Shown here: positions 9,893 through 20,041 of the stretch, piece after piece
Position numbering within the stretch: position 1 is the first letter of the stretch
Layout of the letters: each line of letters opens with the position of its first letter
The notes under the pieces: model-generated
The model's input: the letters and a program-made list of their open reading frames with translations, nothing else
The model's database searches: none
Told to the model about the DNA's origin: nothing
Position numbers and translations under genes: made by a program
DNA from: Methanococcoides methylutens
Lineage (GTDB): Archaea; Halobacteriota; Methanosarcinia; Methanosarcinales; Methanosarcinaceae
Direction of reading: 5' to 3'
DNA: 32,000 bases
NCBI RefSeq assembly: GCF_000765475.1
Contig: NZ_JRHO01000014.1
Location: 61,574 to 93,573, forward strand

Positions 9893-12800
9893 TGGCAAAA
9901 CGAACAGATATTAACAAGATCCTGCTGATAGGCTCCGGACCGATCATGATCGGACAGGGAGCAGAATTCGATTTCTCAGGAAGCCAGGCTTGCAGGTCAT
10001 TAAGAGAAGAAGGATATGAAGTAGTCCTTGTAAACTCCAATCCGGCAACCATTATGACAGATCCGGAGATGGCAGATGCTGTTTACATCGAACCCCTTGA
10101 AGCAAAGATAATAGCAAAGATAATCGAGAAGGAACTCCCCGACGGTATCATTGCAGGTATTGGTGGTCAGACCGGACTGAACCTTACAAGTGAGCTTGCT
10201 GATCTGGGAGTTTTCGAAAAGTTCAATGTCGAACTACTTGGAACATCTCTTGAAGCTATCAAGAACACCGAGGACCGTGAGCTTTTCAAGAAGAAGATGG
10301 AAGAGATCGGAGAAAAGGTCCCGAGAAGTGTGGCTGTTTCCACACTGAAAGAAGCTGAAGCGCTCATTGACGAGCTCGGACTTCCACTTATCATTCGTCC
10401 CGCATACACCCTTGGTGGTGCTGGTGGCGGTATCGCATACACAAGAGAACAGCTTCTCGAGATCAGTGAAAGAGGACTGCGCCGCAGCAGGATCAATCAG
10501 GTGCTTATCGAAGAGAGCGTACTTGGCTGGAAAGAGTTCGAATACGAGGTCATGCGTGACTCCAATGATACATGTATAGTTATCTGTAACATGGAGAACC
10601 TCGACCCGATGGGAGTTCACACCGGTGAGTCCATTGTGGTAACACCATCCCAGACACTGAACGATATCGAACACCAGATGCTGAGAACAGCAGCTATCAA
10701 GATCATACGTGCTTTAGGAATTGAAGGTGGATGTAACATCCAGTTCGCTGCAAAAGACGGTGAATACAGGATCGTAGAGGTCAACCCGCGTGTTTCAAGA
10801 TCATCAGCCCTTGCATCAAAGGCAACAGGTTACCCGATCGCCAGGGTGACTGCTAAGATCGCCATAGGCATGACACTTGATCAGATCCTTAATGATGTCA
10901 CAAAGAAGACACCTGCATCCTTTGAACCTACCATTGACTACGTAGTTACAAAGATCCCAAGGTGGCCTTTCGACAAGTTCGTGACCGCGGACAAGACATT
11001 GACAACCGCTATGAAGAGTACCGGTGAGGTCATGTCCATCGGACGCACCATTGAGGAATCACTCCAGAAAGCAGTCCGTTCCCTTGATATCGGAATGAAG
11101 TTCGGAAGCAAGACATGGGACCAGGCAGAAGCCAAAACCCTGCTAAAAACACCTACCAGTGAGAGGCTTTTCGTTATCTTCGATGCATTGAAGAATGGTA
11201 TGAGCGTTGAAGAGGTCTCGGAACTTTCAGGTTATGATATATTCTTCGTAACAAAGATCAACAACATCGTCGAGATGGAGAACGAGCTTGAGAACAGGCT
11301 TTTCGCAGGTGAGCCGGACATTGAGATGCTCAGGTCTGCCAAGCAGATGGGATTCACCGATGACAGGATCGCAGAGCTCACAGGCAAGAGCCGCGAGGAG
11401 ATCAATGACCTTCGCCGTGAGAACATCAGTGCGACCTACAAGATGGTAGATACCTGTGCTGCAGAGTTCGCTGCAGAGACTCCTTACTATTATTCATGCT
11501 ACGAGACCATGTGCGAAGACCAGCCAACTGACAGGAAGAAGATCCTGATCCTTGGTGCAGGTCCTATACGAATCGGACAGGGTATCGAGTTCGACTACTG
11601 TACCGTCCACGCTGTCACAGCCATCCGTGATGAAGGCCTTGAGGCGCACATAATCAACAACAACCCTGAGACGGTATCAACTGACTACGATACATCCGAC
11701 AAGCTGTTCTTCGAGCCTCTGACACTCGAGGACGTCATGAACATTATCGATCGTGAGAAACCATACGGTGTGCTTGTCCAGTTCGGTGGACAGACATCTG
11801 TCAACCTTGCAATGCCACTCCAGAAAGAGCTTGACCGCCGTGATGACATCGATACGATAATTCTCGGAACATCTCCGGAAGACATCGACATGGCAGAGGA
11901 CAGGGAGAAGTTCAACCTGATGATGAGCAAGCTTGACGTTGCACAGCCTGAAGCAGGTTATGCAACATCCGAAGAAGACGCCATTGCGATCGCAACACGA
12001 ATCGGATACCCTGTACTTGTCAGGCCATCATACGTTCTCGGTGGACGTGCAATGGAGATCGTCTATGAACAGTCTGACCTTGAACGCTACATGATCGAAG
12101 CAGTTCGTGTGTCCCCTGAGCATCCGATCCTTATCGACGACTTCCTTGAGGGAGCAGTCGAGATCGATGTGGATGCTGTCTGTGACGGCAAGGACGTGCT
12201 TATCGGTGCCATCATGGAACACATCGAAGAAGCAGGTGTGCACTCCGGTGACTCTGCATGTGTGATCCCACCATACTCACTCTCCGAGGAAACTCTCGCA
12301 ACAGTACGTGATTATACCCGCAAGATCGCACTTTCGCTCAATGTTAAGGGACTTATCAACATCCAAATGGCAGAGCAGAATGGCAAGGTATACGTGCTTG
12401 AAGCAAACCCACGTTCCAGCCGAACGATCCCATTCGTATCAAAAGCAGTAGGGATGCCACTTGCCAAGATAGCTGCACAGGTCATTATCGGACATACCCT
12501 TGAAGACCTTGGATATGCAGAACTTGATGAGACACCCGTAAAACATTACTCTGTCAAGGAAGTATTACTTCCATTCGACAAATTGCCAGGTGCAGACCCT
12601 GTGCTCAGCCCTGAGATGAAGAGTACCGGAGAGGTCATGGGAGTTGACTATGATTTCGGACGTGCTTTCTTCAAGGCACAGATCAGTGCAGACAATATAC
12701 TGCCACTTAGCGGTTACGTTTTCATGTCCATCAGACAGAACGACAAGGAAGCCTTTGTTGAAACCGCCCGCAAGATGCAGGATGCAGGGCTTAAGCTCAT

Positions 12801-13119
12801 CGGTACCAAAGGTACTGTGAACTTTTTAGCCGAGAAAGGCATCAATATGGAAGCGGTGATGAAAGTGCATGAAGGCAGCCCTAATGTCATCGATATGATG
12901 CGCAGGGATGAGGTTGCACTCATTGTGAACACACCAACAGGAAAGCAGTCACGAAAGGACGGATACACTATCCGCCGTGCAGCAGTGGACTTTAAGGTGC
13001 CGTATATCACCACGATCCAGTCTGCAAAAGCTGCGGCTGATGCTATTGTCTCAATGAAGGAAGGAGACCTTGCCATCAAGTCCATCAATGAATATCACAA
13101 AGAGATCGTCAGGAACTAA
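9892..13119 (+). CDS. carB: Carbamoyl-phosphate synthase large subunit
   Basis: Overlaps the carA stop by 1 nt. Two homologous ATP-grasp halves ([25 protein letters not shown] / [21 protein letters not shown]), C-terminal MGS-like domain. Confidence 0.98.
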   Translation: MAKRTDINKILLIGSGPIMIGQGAEFDFSGSQACRSLREEGYEVVLVNSNPATIMTDPEMADAVYIEPLEAKIIAKIIEKELPDGIIAGIGGQTGLNLTSELADLGVFEKFNVELLGTSLEAIKNTEDRELFKKKMEEIGEKVPRSVAVSTLKEAEALIDELGLPLIIRPAYTLGGAGGGIAYTREQLLEISERGLRRSRINQVLIEESVLGWKEFEYEVMRDSNDTCIVICNMENLDPMGVHTGESIVVTPSQTLNDIEHQMLRTAAIKIIRALGIEGGCNIQFAAKDGEYRIVEVNPRVSRSSALASKATGYPIARVTAKIAIGMTLDQILNDVTKKTPASFEPTIDYVVTKIPRWPFDKFVTADKTLTTAMKSTGEVMSIGRTIEESLQKAVRSLDIGMKFGSKTWDQAEAKTLLKTPTSERLFVIFDALKNGMSVEEVSELSGYDIFFVTKINNIVEMENELENRLFAGEPDIEMLRSAKQMGFTDDRIAELTGKSREEINDLRRENISATYKMVDTCAAEFAAETPYYYSCYETMCEDQPTDRKKILILGAGPIRIGQGIEFDYCTVHAVTAIRDEGLEAHIINNNPETVSTDYDTSDKLFFEPLTLEDVMNIIDREKPYGVLVQFGGQTSVNLAMPLQKELDRRDDIDTIILGTSPEDIDMAEDREKFNLMMSKLDVAQPEAGYATSEEDAIAIATRIGYPVLVRPSYVLGGRAMEIVYEQSDLERYMIEAVRVSPEHPILIDDFLEGAVEIDVDAVCDGKDVLIGAIMEHIEEAGVHSGDSACVIPPYSLSEETLATVRDYTRKIALSLNVKGLINIQMAEQNGKVYVLEANPRSSRTIPFVSKAVGMPLAKIAAQVIIGHTLEDLGYAELDETPVKHYSVKEVLLPFDKLPGADPVLSPEMKSTGEVMGVDYDFGRAFFKAQISADNILPLSGYVFMSIRQNDKEAFVETARKMQDAGLKLIGTKGTVNFLAEKGINMEAVMKVHEGSPNVIDMMRRDEVALIVNTPTGKQSRKDGYTIRRAAVDFKVPYITTIQSAKAAADAIVSMKEGDLAIKSINEYHKEIVRN

Positions 13120-13144
13120 TTATCAATTAACGGAGCGAATCAAC

Positions 13145-14329
13145 ATGTCAAAGAAAGTAGTACTTGCTTATTCCGGTGGATTGGACACATCCATCTGTAT
13201 CCCCCTCCTCAAAGAAGAATACGGATACGACGAGGTCATAACCGTAGCAGTCGATGTGGGACAGCCAAAGGAAGATGTCGCACAGGCAGAAGAGAAGGCA
13301 AAGAAGATCAGTGACCTTCATTTCACCCTTGATGTTCGCGAGGAGTTCGTGAACGATTACATTTTCCCTTTAATAAGAGCCAATGGTGATTATGAAGGCT
13401 ATGTTATGGGAACCTCCATTGCACGCCCGCTTATTGCCAAAAAGGTCGTCGAGATCGCAGAACAGGAAGGCGCTGTTGCACTTGCACACGGTTGTACCGG
13501 TAAAGGAAACGACCAGCTTCGTTTCGAGGCTGTGTTCAGGCTCACTGATATGGATGTCATCGCACCTATGAGAGAGATGAACCTGACCCGAGAATGGGAG
13601 ATCGAATACGCAAAGGAACACGGTATTCCAGTAGGTGTCACCACTGCAAAGCCATGGAGCGTTGACGAGAACATCTGGAGCAGAAGCATCGAGGGCGGAA
13701 AGCTCGAAGACCCTGGATACATCCCACCTGAGGAGATCTACAAGTGGACAGCTTCACCTGAAGATGCACCTGATGCACAGACCATCGTGATCGGTTTCGA
13801 GAACGGTGTGCCAGTGTCACTTGATGGTGAGAAGATGGACGGTGTTGAGCTCATTGAAAAGATGAACGTCATTGCAGGCACCCACGGTGTCGGACGTACT
13901 GACATGATCGAAGACCGTGTCCTCGGACTTAAAGCACGTGAAAACTACGAGCACCCTGCAGCAACCGTACTCCTTGCAGCACACAAAGACCTTGAAAAAC
14001 TGGTCCTCACCCGCTCTGAACTCAAGTTCAAGGCAATGGTAGACGAACAGTGGTCCGAGCTTGCATACTACGGTCTTGTGGACGAACCACTCTACGATGA
14101 CCTGAATGCATTCATTGACAAGACACAGACACGTGTAAACGGTACAGTCACCATGAAACTGTACAAGGGAAGCCTCACAATTCTTGCAAGGACATCCCCG
14201 GCAGCACTCTACTCAGAAGAACTTGTGTCCTTTGATGGAACAAGCATCGACCAGAAGGACGCCGAAGGATTTGCAAAATATCACGGATTCCAGGCACGCC
14301 TGTTCAGGAAATTCGTTGATAAGAACTAA
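13145..14329 (+). CDS. argG: Argininosuccinate synthase
   Basis: ORF 13070..14329; ATG at 13145 starts the canonical N-terminus [40 protein letters not shown]. Also [17 protein letters not shown] and [12 protein letters not shown]. Confidence 0.97.
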   Translation: MSKKVVLAYSGGLDTSICIPLLKEEYGYDEVITVAVDVGQPKEDVAQAEEKAKKISDLHFTLDVREEFVNDYIFPLIRANGDYEGYVMGTSIARPLIAKKVVEIAEQEGAVALAHGCTGKGNDQLRFEAVFRLTDMDVIAPMREMNLTREWEIEYAKEHGIPVGVTTAKPWSVDENIWSRSIEGGKLEDPGYIPPEEIYKWTASPEDAPDAQTIVIGFENGVPVSLDGEKMDGVELIEKMNVIAGTHGVGRTDMIEDRVLGLKARENYEHPAATVLLAAHKDLEKLVLTRSELKFKAMVDEQWSELAYYGLVDEPLYDDLNAFIDKTQTRVNGTVTMKLYKGSLTILARTSPAALYSEELVSFDGTSIDQKDAEGFAKYHGFQARLFRKFVDKN

Positions 14330-14340
14330 AATTAATTACT

Positions 14341-14376
14341 CGTATGCGGTTGTCGCATACGGGCTTCTTTTTTCTT
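14341..14376 (+). terminator. Putative intrinsic-like terminator after argG
   Basis: Perfect 8-bp inverted repeat CGTATGCG-gttgt-CGCATACG (14341-14348 / 14354-14361) immediately followed by a T-rich tract. Confidence 0.7.
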
Positions 14377-14742
14377 TTGTTGGTCTTGATTTGGATTGTT
14401 CTAAATTTATTACCCGGCTACTCATACTGTTTAAACGCATATTTTAAAACATACCCCAATTCTTAGGGTATGTTGCACTGCACTAACCCAAAAAAGTTAG
14501 AATCACTTCCCCCGCACAATCTTGCGGGGATATAGGTAAGTTGAATTTTTTGTACGAGATTGTGTGAATTGTTTGCACAACCTGTCTGTAAACATCTAAG
14601 AGAATCTAGCTATACTATTTTGGATGCTAATCAATTACAAATAAAAATATTATATATTATTATGTTATTACTGGTAATGTAAACTCTAATAACAAATTAT
14701 TTTTCTCGTTAAAATTTTGTGGTTATATTTGAAGGTAATATT

Positions 14743-15708
14743 ATGAACAAAATTGACATAGTTCCAGCTTGCAAAGGGATAATAACTAATTTAGACTTAT
14801 TAAAATCAGAAGGTACACTTCAATTTACTACGAGTCTTAGTGACTTAAAAGCTGGAGGAATCATTTTTGAAGTAAGTGGACCAGAGTTCAGCTTCATATT
14901 TGGTTCAAACGAAAAAGGACTTTTTGTAAAAAGAAACGAAGTTTTTTCAATATTGACTTATGATGATATAAAAGAAACCTCAGTAGAACCAATGATTTTT
15001 CTGACTTGGTCCTACAATAAAATTTCATTATATTTTTGTAGTGAAATTAAACATAAAAAAGCAGAAGCTCCAACAAAACCCTGTTCTCCTCCTCCATCAT
15101 TAATTAAATGGGCACGTAAACAAAATTTACTCCCAATGGTTGAATATGAAAGTGAGGAAAAATTACGCGAAAAAGTATATTCATGTTTGTTATCAATACA
15201 AGACAAAATTGATGAATATGGTGCAATAAATCCTTTTTGGGACATTAGTTATTCTGGTAAGAGTATTGTTAGCAGAACACCTAAAAAAGAAACAGATGTT
15301 CAACCTGTAATCAGCCTTTTGCTGTCGGATCAAATGCTAATGGCTGGAATAGAAGTTATACCTGAATATCAAACGGGCAGAGGTAATTTGGATTTTATGT
15401 TTATGGGGAATGTAAAAGACAATGGTATAACTAAAATATGTGCAGAATTTAAAAATGCTCATTCAAAAGATTTGTTTCATGGGCTTGAAAATCAACTTCC
15501 CCTCTATATGAAAAATCGTGAATGCAATTATGGGGCATATTGTGTCTTAAACTATAAAGGGGAATGGTTTACTAAACCTGACACATTTGAAAATAAATTG
15601 GATGTGGAACTCTCTATTCATCAAAGCAAATCTATCAATCCATTAGTCCATAACGGTATAAGGTGCTTTATATTTTCATTATCAAAAAAGAAAACTGCTA
15701 GTAAGTGA
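14743..15708 (+). CDS. Hypothetical protein with PD-(D/E)xK nuclease-like C-terminal motif, in AT-rich segment
   Basis: ORF 14719..15708; ATG at 14743 has an upstream GAAGGT SD-like motif. Motif EVIPEYQTGRGNLDFMFMG...KICAEFKNAHSKDLFHGLENQLPLYM fits E..D-x(n)-ExK (D codon 15391, ExK codons 15445-15453). Confidence 0.6.
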   Translation: MNKIDIVPACKGIITNLDLLKSEGTLQFTTSLSDLKAGGIIFEVSGPEFSFIFGSNEKGLFVKRNEVFSILTYDDIKETSVEPMIFLTWSYNKISLYFCSEIKHKKAEAPTKPCSPPPSLIKWARKQNLLPMVEYESEEKLREKVYSCLLSIQDKIDEYGAINPFWDISYSGKSIVSRTPKKETDVQPVISLLLSDQMLMAGIEVIPEYQTGRGNLDFMFMGNVKDNGITKICAEFKNAHSKDLFHGLENQLPLYMKNRECNYGAYCVLNYKGEWFTKPDTFENKLDVELSIHQSKSINPLVHNGIRCFIFSLSKKKTASK

Positions 15709-15819
15709 AATTATTATATAACATCCGAAACTATTTTGTAACCTAGACAAACTATTATACCCATATATGTTTTAATCCTTTTAGCAATAGGAATAGATAG
15801 GCGATAATTTTTGCATAAA

Positions 15820-16218
15820 TTAAGAAACGTCTATCTTTTTCCCCCATCCATCTAATCTCTCCCTAACATGAGCATTGAGAGTAAACGTGTTCTCACTTCT
15901 GACATTTTGCTTCATATAATGCAACGTACCTTTTGAGAAACCCATCTTCTTCCATTCAGTGTAGGATATATCAATGATCTTCTTCCTCAAATCATCCGAA
16001 TCATACCTTTCAATCTTATAGGAGGGCTTAACAAACTCAATCGTTTTCCTCTTCCTAACAAGATGATGACTCAACTCTCTCGCCTTAACCAACAGGATAG
16101 ATCCCCAGGAACTATTCTTTTCCCTGTACTCAACCTTCCCGTTAACCACATCATCTTCATAAACATAATACTGAGCAAACCTTGTTTTGATACTCGATAC
16201 ATTTTTATCGAATATTAT
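15820..16218 (-). pseudogene. Probable 5'-truncated cas1 remnant (C-terminal part of CRISPR-associated Cas1 only)
   Basis: Open frame from the stop codon at 16219-16221 down to 15820. It translates as IIFDKNVSSIKTRFAQYYVYEDDVVNGKVEYREKNSSWGSILLVKARELSHHLVRKRKTIEFVKPSYKIERYDSDDLRKKIIDISYTEWKKMGFSKGTLHYMKQNVRSENTFTLNAHVRERLDGWGKKIDVS, which resembles the C-terminal end of methanogen Cas1 proteins from recall. No Met start precedes it and no N-terminal domain is present. Confidence 0.5.
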
Positions 16219-16285
16219 TCAATGAGTATATTGTAAAATTTGCAAATAGTGCAAGTTAAAACAACTTAAATGGGAGAAAATAATA

Positions 16286-16462
16286 ATGGTAGCTATAGTT
16301 AACAGAGACGAATGTGTCGGATGCGGAGTATGTGTAGATGACTGCCCGGCCGAAGCAATATCAATGGACGGCGACAACATCGCTGTAGTAGATGCTGACA
16401 AATGTACTGAATGTGGTATATGTGTGGACTCCTGTCCATCCGAAGCAATTTCAATGGAATAA
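16286..16462 (+). CDS. Small 2[4Fe-4S] ferredoxin (58 aa)
   Basis: Not in the supplied ORF list because of its length. Reading frame [58 protein letters not shown]; GGGAG SD-like motif 9 nt upstream. Confidence 0.93.
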   Translation: MVAIVNRDECVGCGVCVDDCPAEAISMDGDNIAVVDADKCTECGICVDSCPSEAISME

Positions 16463-16536
16463 GCAGGTTTATTCCATTTATCTTTCTATTTTTAATATTC
16501 AGTAGTTTCGTTTCCAATTCCTGCCTACCTGTTGAT

Positions 16537-17172
16537 TCAATTCTTCCTGTCCTTAAATTTAGCATTGGAGTGCTGGCCATCACAGAATGGTTTATTTCCA
16601 GACGCACCGCATCTGCAGAGAGCATAATGGTCCTGGGTTTCAGGTACTGAATCATCAGGATCATCAAGACTGACTCCTGTAACATTGTAAGGTCCATCAT
16701 TCAGAACAAAAATTTCCGGGCCATGTGAATAATCCTTATACAATTTTCCATTAACAGTATAGCTCAATGCGCCAGAAGGACAGGTCCTGATGAGTTTTGC
16801 TATCTCTTCCGGATCAGCAGCATCCGGATCTGCCCAGGGTTCTTCACCCTTTCTGAAAACAGAAGGTAGATTACGAACACAATGGCCTACGTGAGAACAC
16901 ACATCCCTGTTACGATGAATGGTAATATGTTTTCCGACGTAAGTATCAACCCTGTCGGGAACACGGTCTTTTTCTTTTTCTCCGGAAAAATCGTTCTTTA
17001 CATGTGTTCCATCACAAAATGGCATATTTGCCGACCCTCCACATCTGCAAAGTGCCATAGCAGGTTTTGTCTCGATGAAAACACCCTTTGAATTCCTGAG
17101 TGTTTTAAGATCTTTCACAATATATGGTCCATTTTTTGATACTTTTATTGAAGGCCTGACTTCTTTCTCCAC
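16537..17172 (-). CDS. CDGSH iron-sulfur domain protein with central divergent 4Fe-4S (Fer4_19-like) domain
   Basis: Two CDGSH-type motifs, CRCGGSANMPFCDGTH and CRCGASGNKPFCDGQH, flank a C-x5-C...C type segment (DVCSHVGHCVRNLPSVF..LIRTCPSGAL). Confidence 0.88.
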   Translation of the reverse strand: MEKEVRPSIKVSKNGPYIVKDLKTLRNSKGVFIETKPAMALCRCGGSANMPFCDGTHVKNDFSGEKEKDRVPDRVDTYVGKHITIHRNRDVCSHVGHCVRNLPSVFRKGEEPWADPDAADPEEIAKLIRTCPSGALSYTVNGKLYKDYSHGPEIFVLNDGPYNVTGVSLDDPDDSVPETQDHYALCRCGASGNKPFCDGQHSNAKFKDRKN

Positions 17173-17517
17173 TCAAACACCTCTGTAAGAAAATCTGTTG
17201 ACATCGCATTTCTAATTTTTGTAAGGAACCGTTTTTTAACAAAATTAGTGATAGAAGCTGAAAAACTTATATTCTGTTCATTTAAAATGTTTACTGCAAC
17301 ATGATCTTTTTATGGCATACTTGATTCCAATTTCCGCCATATACAAGGTTTTCAAACTTTTTGAGATATATCAGATCTGCATGAAAGTTAAATTCTATAC
17401 CAAAGGAATTATATTTTTATTTATGTATTCAAGAAAATATAAGTACATATAAGATCAAATTATTAGATGGAGTAGAACTCTATAGTTAATTCTAACAATA
17501 AAAGTGGGGGTATTGAT

Positions 17518-18651
17518 ATGAAAACTAAACAAAACTTGCTTATTTGTTTCGGAATGTCCTTGATATTACTAATAATGTCTGCAGGAACTGCTGTAGCTCC
17601 GACAGTTACTTGTACAGATGTTGGGATAGGCGATCTCGTATGGGAAGACCTCGACGGGGATGGCATAAAGAATGCAGGCGAGCCAGGTATTGCTGGTGTG
17701 ACCGTTAAACTTTACGAGTGTGGAGCTACTAATCCTATTGCAACCACAACAACTGATGCAAATGGAATGTACCTGTTCACAGGTCTTGCACCTGGTGACT
17801 ACTATGTTGAGTTTGTTGCTCCGGTTGGATACATCTTCACACCACCGGATCAGGGTGCTGACGATGCAATGGACAGTGATGCAGATCCAACCACAGGAAA
17901 GACTGTATGCACCAACCTTGAGTCAGGTGAGACCGATCTTACGTGGGATGCAGGAATGTTGGGTACAACTGGCATTGGTGATCTCGTATGGGAAGACCTC
18001 GACAGAGATGGCATAAAGGATACAGGCGAACCAGGTATTGCTAGTGTGACCGTTGAACTTTATGAGTGTGGAGGTAATGCTCCTATTGCAACCACAACAA
18101 CGAGTTCTACTGGAATGTACCTGTTCACAGGTCTTGCACCAAGTGACTACCATGTTGAGTTTGTGGCTCCAGCTGGATACATCTTCACACCACAGGATCA
18201 GGGTGCTGACGATGCAATGGACAGTGATGCAGATCCAACCACAGGAAAGACTGTATGCACCAACCTTGGGTCAGGTGAGACCGATCTTACGTGGGATGCA
18301 GGATTTTATATGATAGTTACTAAAATCAATATTGATATCAAACCAGGTTCATTCCCAAATTCCATTAATCCAAATAGCAAAGGTGTTATTCCAGTTGCAA
18401 TATTGAGTACAGACGTTTTTGATGCAACAATGGTAGATCCTGTGACCGTGGTATTTGGTCCGAATGATGTATCACCACTAAGGTGGGCAACTGAAGATGT
18501 CGATAAAGATGGAGATCTGGATCTGGTATTTCACTTTAGAACTCAGGAAACTGGAGTAGAAGCAGGGGATACAGAGGCAACTCTGACAGGTGAAACTTTT
18601 GATGGCACAAACATCGAAGGCACTGATTCAGTAAAAATTGTTCCTTCATAA
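17518..18651 (+). CDS. Secreted protein with two tandem SdrD_B-like domains and a C-terminal IDIKPGS-type domain
   Basis: Signal peptide-like N-terminus (LLICFGMSLILLIMSAGTAVA). Repeated GIGDLVWEDLDxDGIKxxGEPGIAxVTVxLYEC.. domain twice, then INIDIKPGSFPNSINPNSKGVIPVAILSTDVFDA. Confidence 0.85.
   Translation: MKTKQNLLICFGMSLILLIMSAGTAVAPTVTCTDVGIGDLVWEDLDGDGIKNAGEPGIAGVTVKLYECGATNPIATTTTDANGMYLFTGLAPGDYYVEFVAPVGYIFTPPDQGADDAMDSDADPTTGKTVCTNLESGETDLTWDAGMLGTTGIGDLVWEDLDRDGIKDTGEPGIASVTVELYECGGNAPIATTTTSSTGMYLFTGLAPSDYHVEFVAPAGYIFTPQDQGADDAMDSDADPTTGKTVCTNLGSGETDLTWDAGFYMIVTKINIDIKPGSFPNSINPNSKGVIPVAILSTDVFDATMVDPVTVVFGPNDVSPLRWATEDVDKDGDLDLVFHFRTQETGVEAGDTEATLTGETFDGTNIEGTDSVKIVPS
17623..18304 (+). 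repeat. In-frame tandem duplication, period 348 bp (116 codons)
   Basis: cGATCTCGTATGGGAAGACCTCGAC at 17631 recurs at 17979; ACGTGGGATGCAGGA at 17941 recurs at 18289. Both give an offset of 348 bp, with near-identical sequence in between. Confidence 0.92.
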
Positions 18652-18656
18652 AAAAT

Positions 18657-18692
18657 GATTCTGGTTTAAAATCAGAATCTATTTTTTCTTTC
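18657..18692 (+). terminator. Putative terminator after the SdrD_B-like gene
   Basis: Inverted repeat GATTCTG (18657-18663) ... CAGAATC (18673-18679) followed by TATTTTTTCTTTCTT. Confidence 0.65.
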
Positions 18693-18746
18693 TTAATTCA
18701 GAATTATTATAGATTAGTTTTAAGCTAATTTTTAGACCTTCAGCCA

Positions 18747-19952
18747 TCACCCATTCAGGAAAGTATCGAGCCTCTTCATTCCCTCTTCAATATTCTCCAA
18801 ACTATTAGCATACGAGAACCTTATATACCCTTGCGCACCATCACCGAAATCAATTCCCGGTGTGACTGCCACGCCTGCTTCATTCAATATTGTACGACTC
18901 ATTTCCAGGGAATCTGTCCCGAACTCACTGGCATCAGCAAGCACATAGAACGCCCCCATTGGTTCGTATCCAACTCTGAAACCGATGTCCTTCAGTCTCT
19001 TCAGCATGTGTTTCCTGCGTTCGTCATATGTGGCCACCATTTCACCAACATGGTCCTGCGGACCACGAAGTGCAGCAATACCTGCCTCCTGCACAAAGCT
19101 GTTGGCACATATGAAGAAGTTCTGCTGGAGCTTTTGCAGCACCCTCATGCAATCAAGAGGTGCGATCATGTATCCAAGACGCCAACCTGTCATACAGTAT
19201 TTCTTGGAAAATCCATTGAGTACAAAGGCATTGTCAGTGTATTCCAGAATGCTGTGGTCTTTTCCACCATAGATAAGACCCTGATAGATCTCATCAGAGA
19301 TTATCGGGATATTGCCTTTATTTTCTGCTATCTCTGCGATTCCCTGCATCTCTCCTGATGACATAACATAGCCCGTTGGGTTTGAAGGGCTGTTGATCAG
19401 GATCGCACTGGTATCAGCATCAAGGTTCTCAGAAACAAGCTCCGGCGTCAGGCCAAATCCATTCTCTTCGGAGGTGTATGCAAAATTTGATTGGCAACCA
19501 AGAGCACTGACGAAGTTGGGATAGCATGCATAATGTGGATTTGACATCAGGACTCCATCACCCTGGTCCAGCAATGCCATGAAGGTTAGCATCAATGCAG
19601 GGCTTGTTCCGGATGTCACAAGGACCTGCTCAGGAACAAGGTCCAGCCCGAAGCGGTTGTTATAATCATCCACGATGGCACTTCTCAGTTCAGGCAGGCC
19701 CAGACTGTGAGTATAGCGGGTATTGCAGGATGCAAGGGATTGGTTTGCTGCCTCACAAATGTGAGGTGCTGTTGGGAAATCAGGCTCGCCTATCTCAAGA
19801 TGGATTATATCCCTGCCGGCTTGTTCCAGCTTCTGGGCACTTTCCAGCACCTCCATGACATAGAAAGGAGGTATGTTCATGGATCTTTCAGATAATGATA
19901 AAGAGGCAGGTGGATGTGACATTCTTGGTAGCTCCTGATCCTGGGTTTTCAA
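18747..19952 (-). CDS. Pyridoxal phosphate-dependent class I/II aminotransferase
   Basis: IHLEIGEPDFPTAPHI, YTHSLGLPELRSAI, SGTSPALMLTFMAL, NSPSNPTGYVMS, SDEIYQGLIY, NGFSKKYCMTGWRLGY (PLP lysine). The start may be internal. Confidence 0.92.
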   Translation of the reverse strand: MKTQDQELPRMSHPPASLSLSERSMNIPPFYVMEVLESAQKLEQAGRDIIHLEIGEPDFPTAPHICEAANQSLASCNTRYTHSLGLPELRSAIVDDYNNRFGLDLVPEQVLVTSGTSPALMLTFMALLDQGDGVLMSNPHYACYPNFVSALGCQSNFAYTSEENGFGLTPELVSENLDADTSAILINSPSNPTGYVMSSGEMQGIAEIAENKGNIPIISDEIYQGLIYGGKDHSILEYTDNAFVLNGFSKKYCMTGWRLGYMIAPLDCMRVLQKLQQNFFICANSFVQEAGIAALRGPQDHVGEMVATYDERRKHMLKRLKDIGFRVGYEPMGAFYVLADASEFGTDSLEMSRTILNEAGVAVTPGIDFGDGAQGYIRFSYANSLENIEEGMKRLDTFLNG

Positions 19953-20041
19953 TGTGTATTCTCTTGAGGTTTATGCAAGGATAACTTATAATACATATGA
20001 TAGAAGAAGATATTTCTTAACCAAAAATAAGGGATGATAAT

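Noticed and set aside
10234-10674. 146-aa minus-strand ORF inside carB (and similar antisense ORFs at 10167-10496, 11685-11930, 12714-13088)
   Set aside because: Fully antisense to the highly conserved carB frame; the translations look like shadow ORFs with no recognisable domain.
14510-14529. GC-rich hairpin CCCCGCA-caatct-TGCGGGG as a possible ncRNA or attachment site
   Set aside because: Seven-bp stem only, with no supporting promoter, conserved structure or second copy seen in the window; kept only as a note within the AT-rich patch finding.
14377-16260. Possible CRISPR array near the cas1-like remnant
   Set aside because: Read through for regularly spaced 25-40-nt direct repeats and found none; only short isolated hairpins are present.
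16299-16700. 133-aa minus-strand ORF
   Set aside because: Overlaps the ferredoxin (plus strand) and, out of frame, the CDGSH protein; both have diagnostic Cys motifs.
18053-18313. ORFs 17720..18016 and 18053..18313 with similar translations
   Set aside because: Out-of-frame echoes of the 348-bp tandem duplication rather than independent genes.
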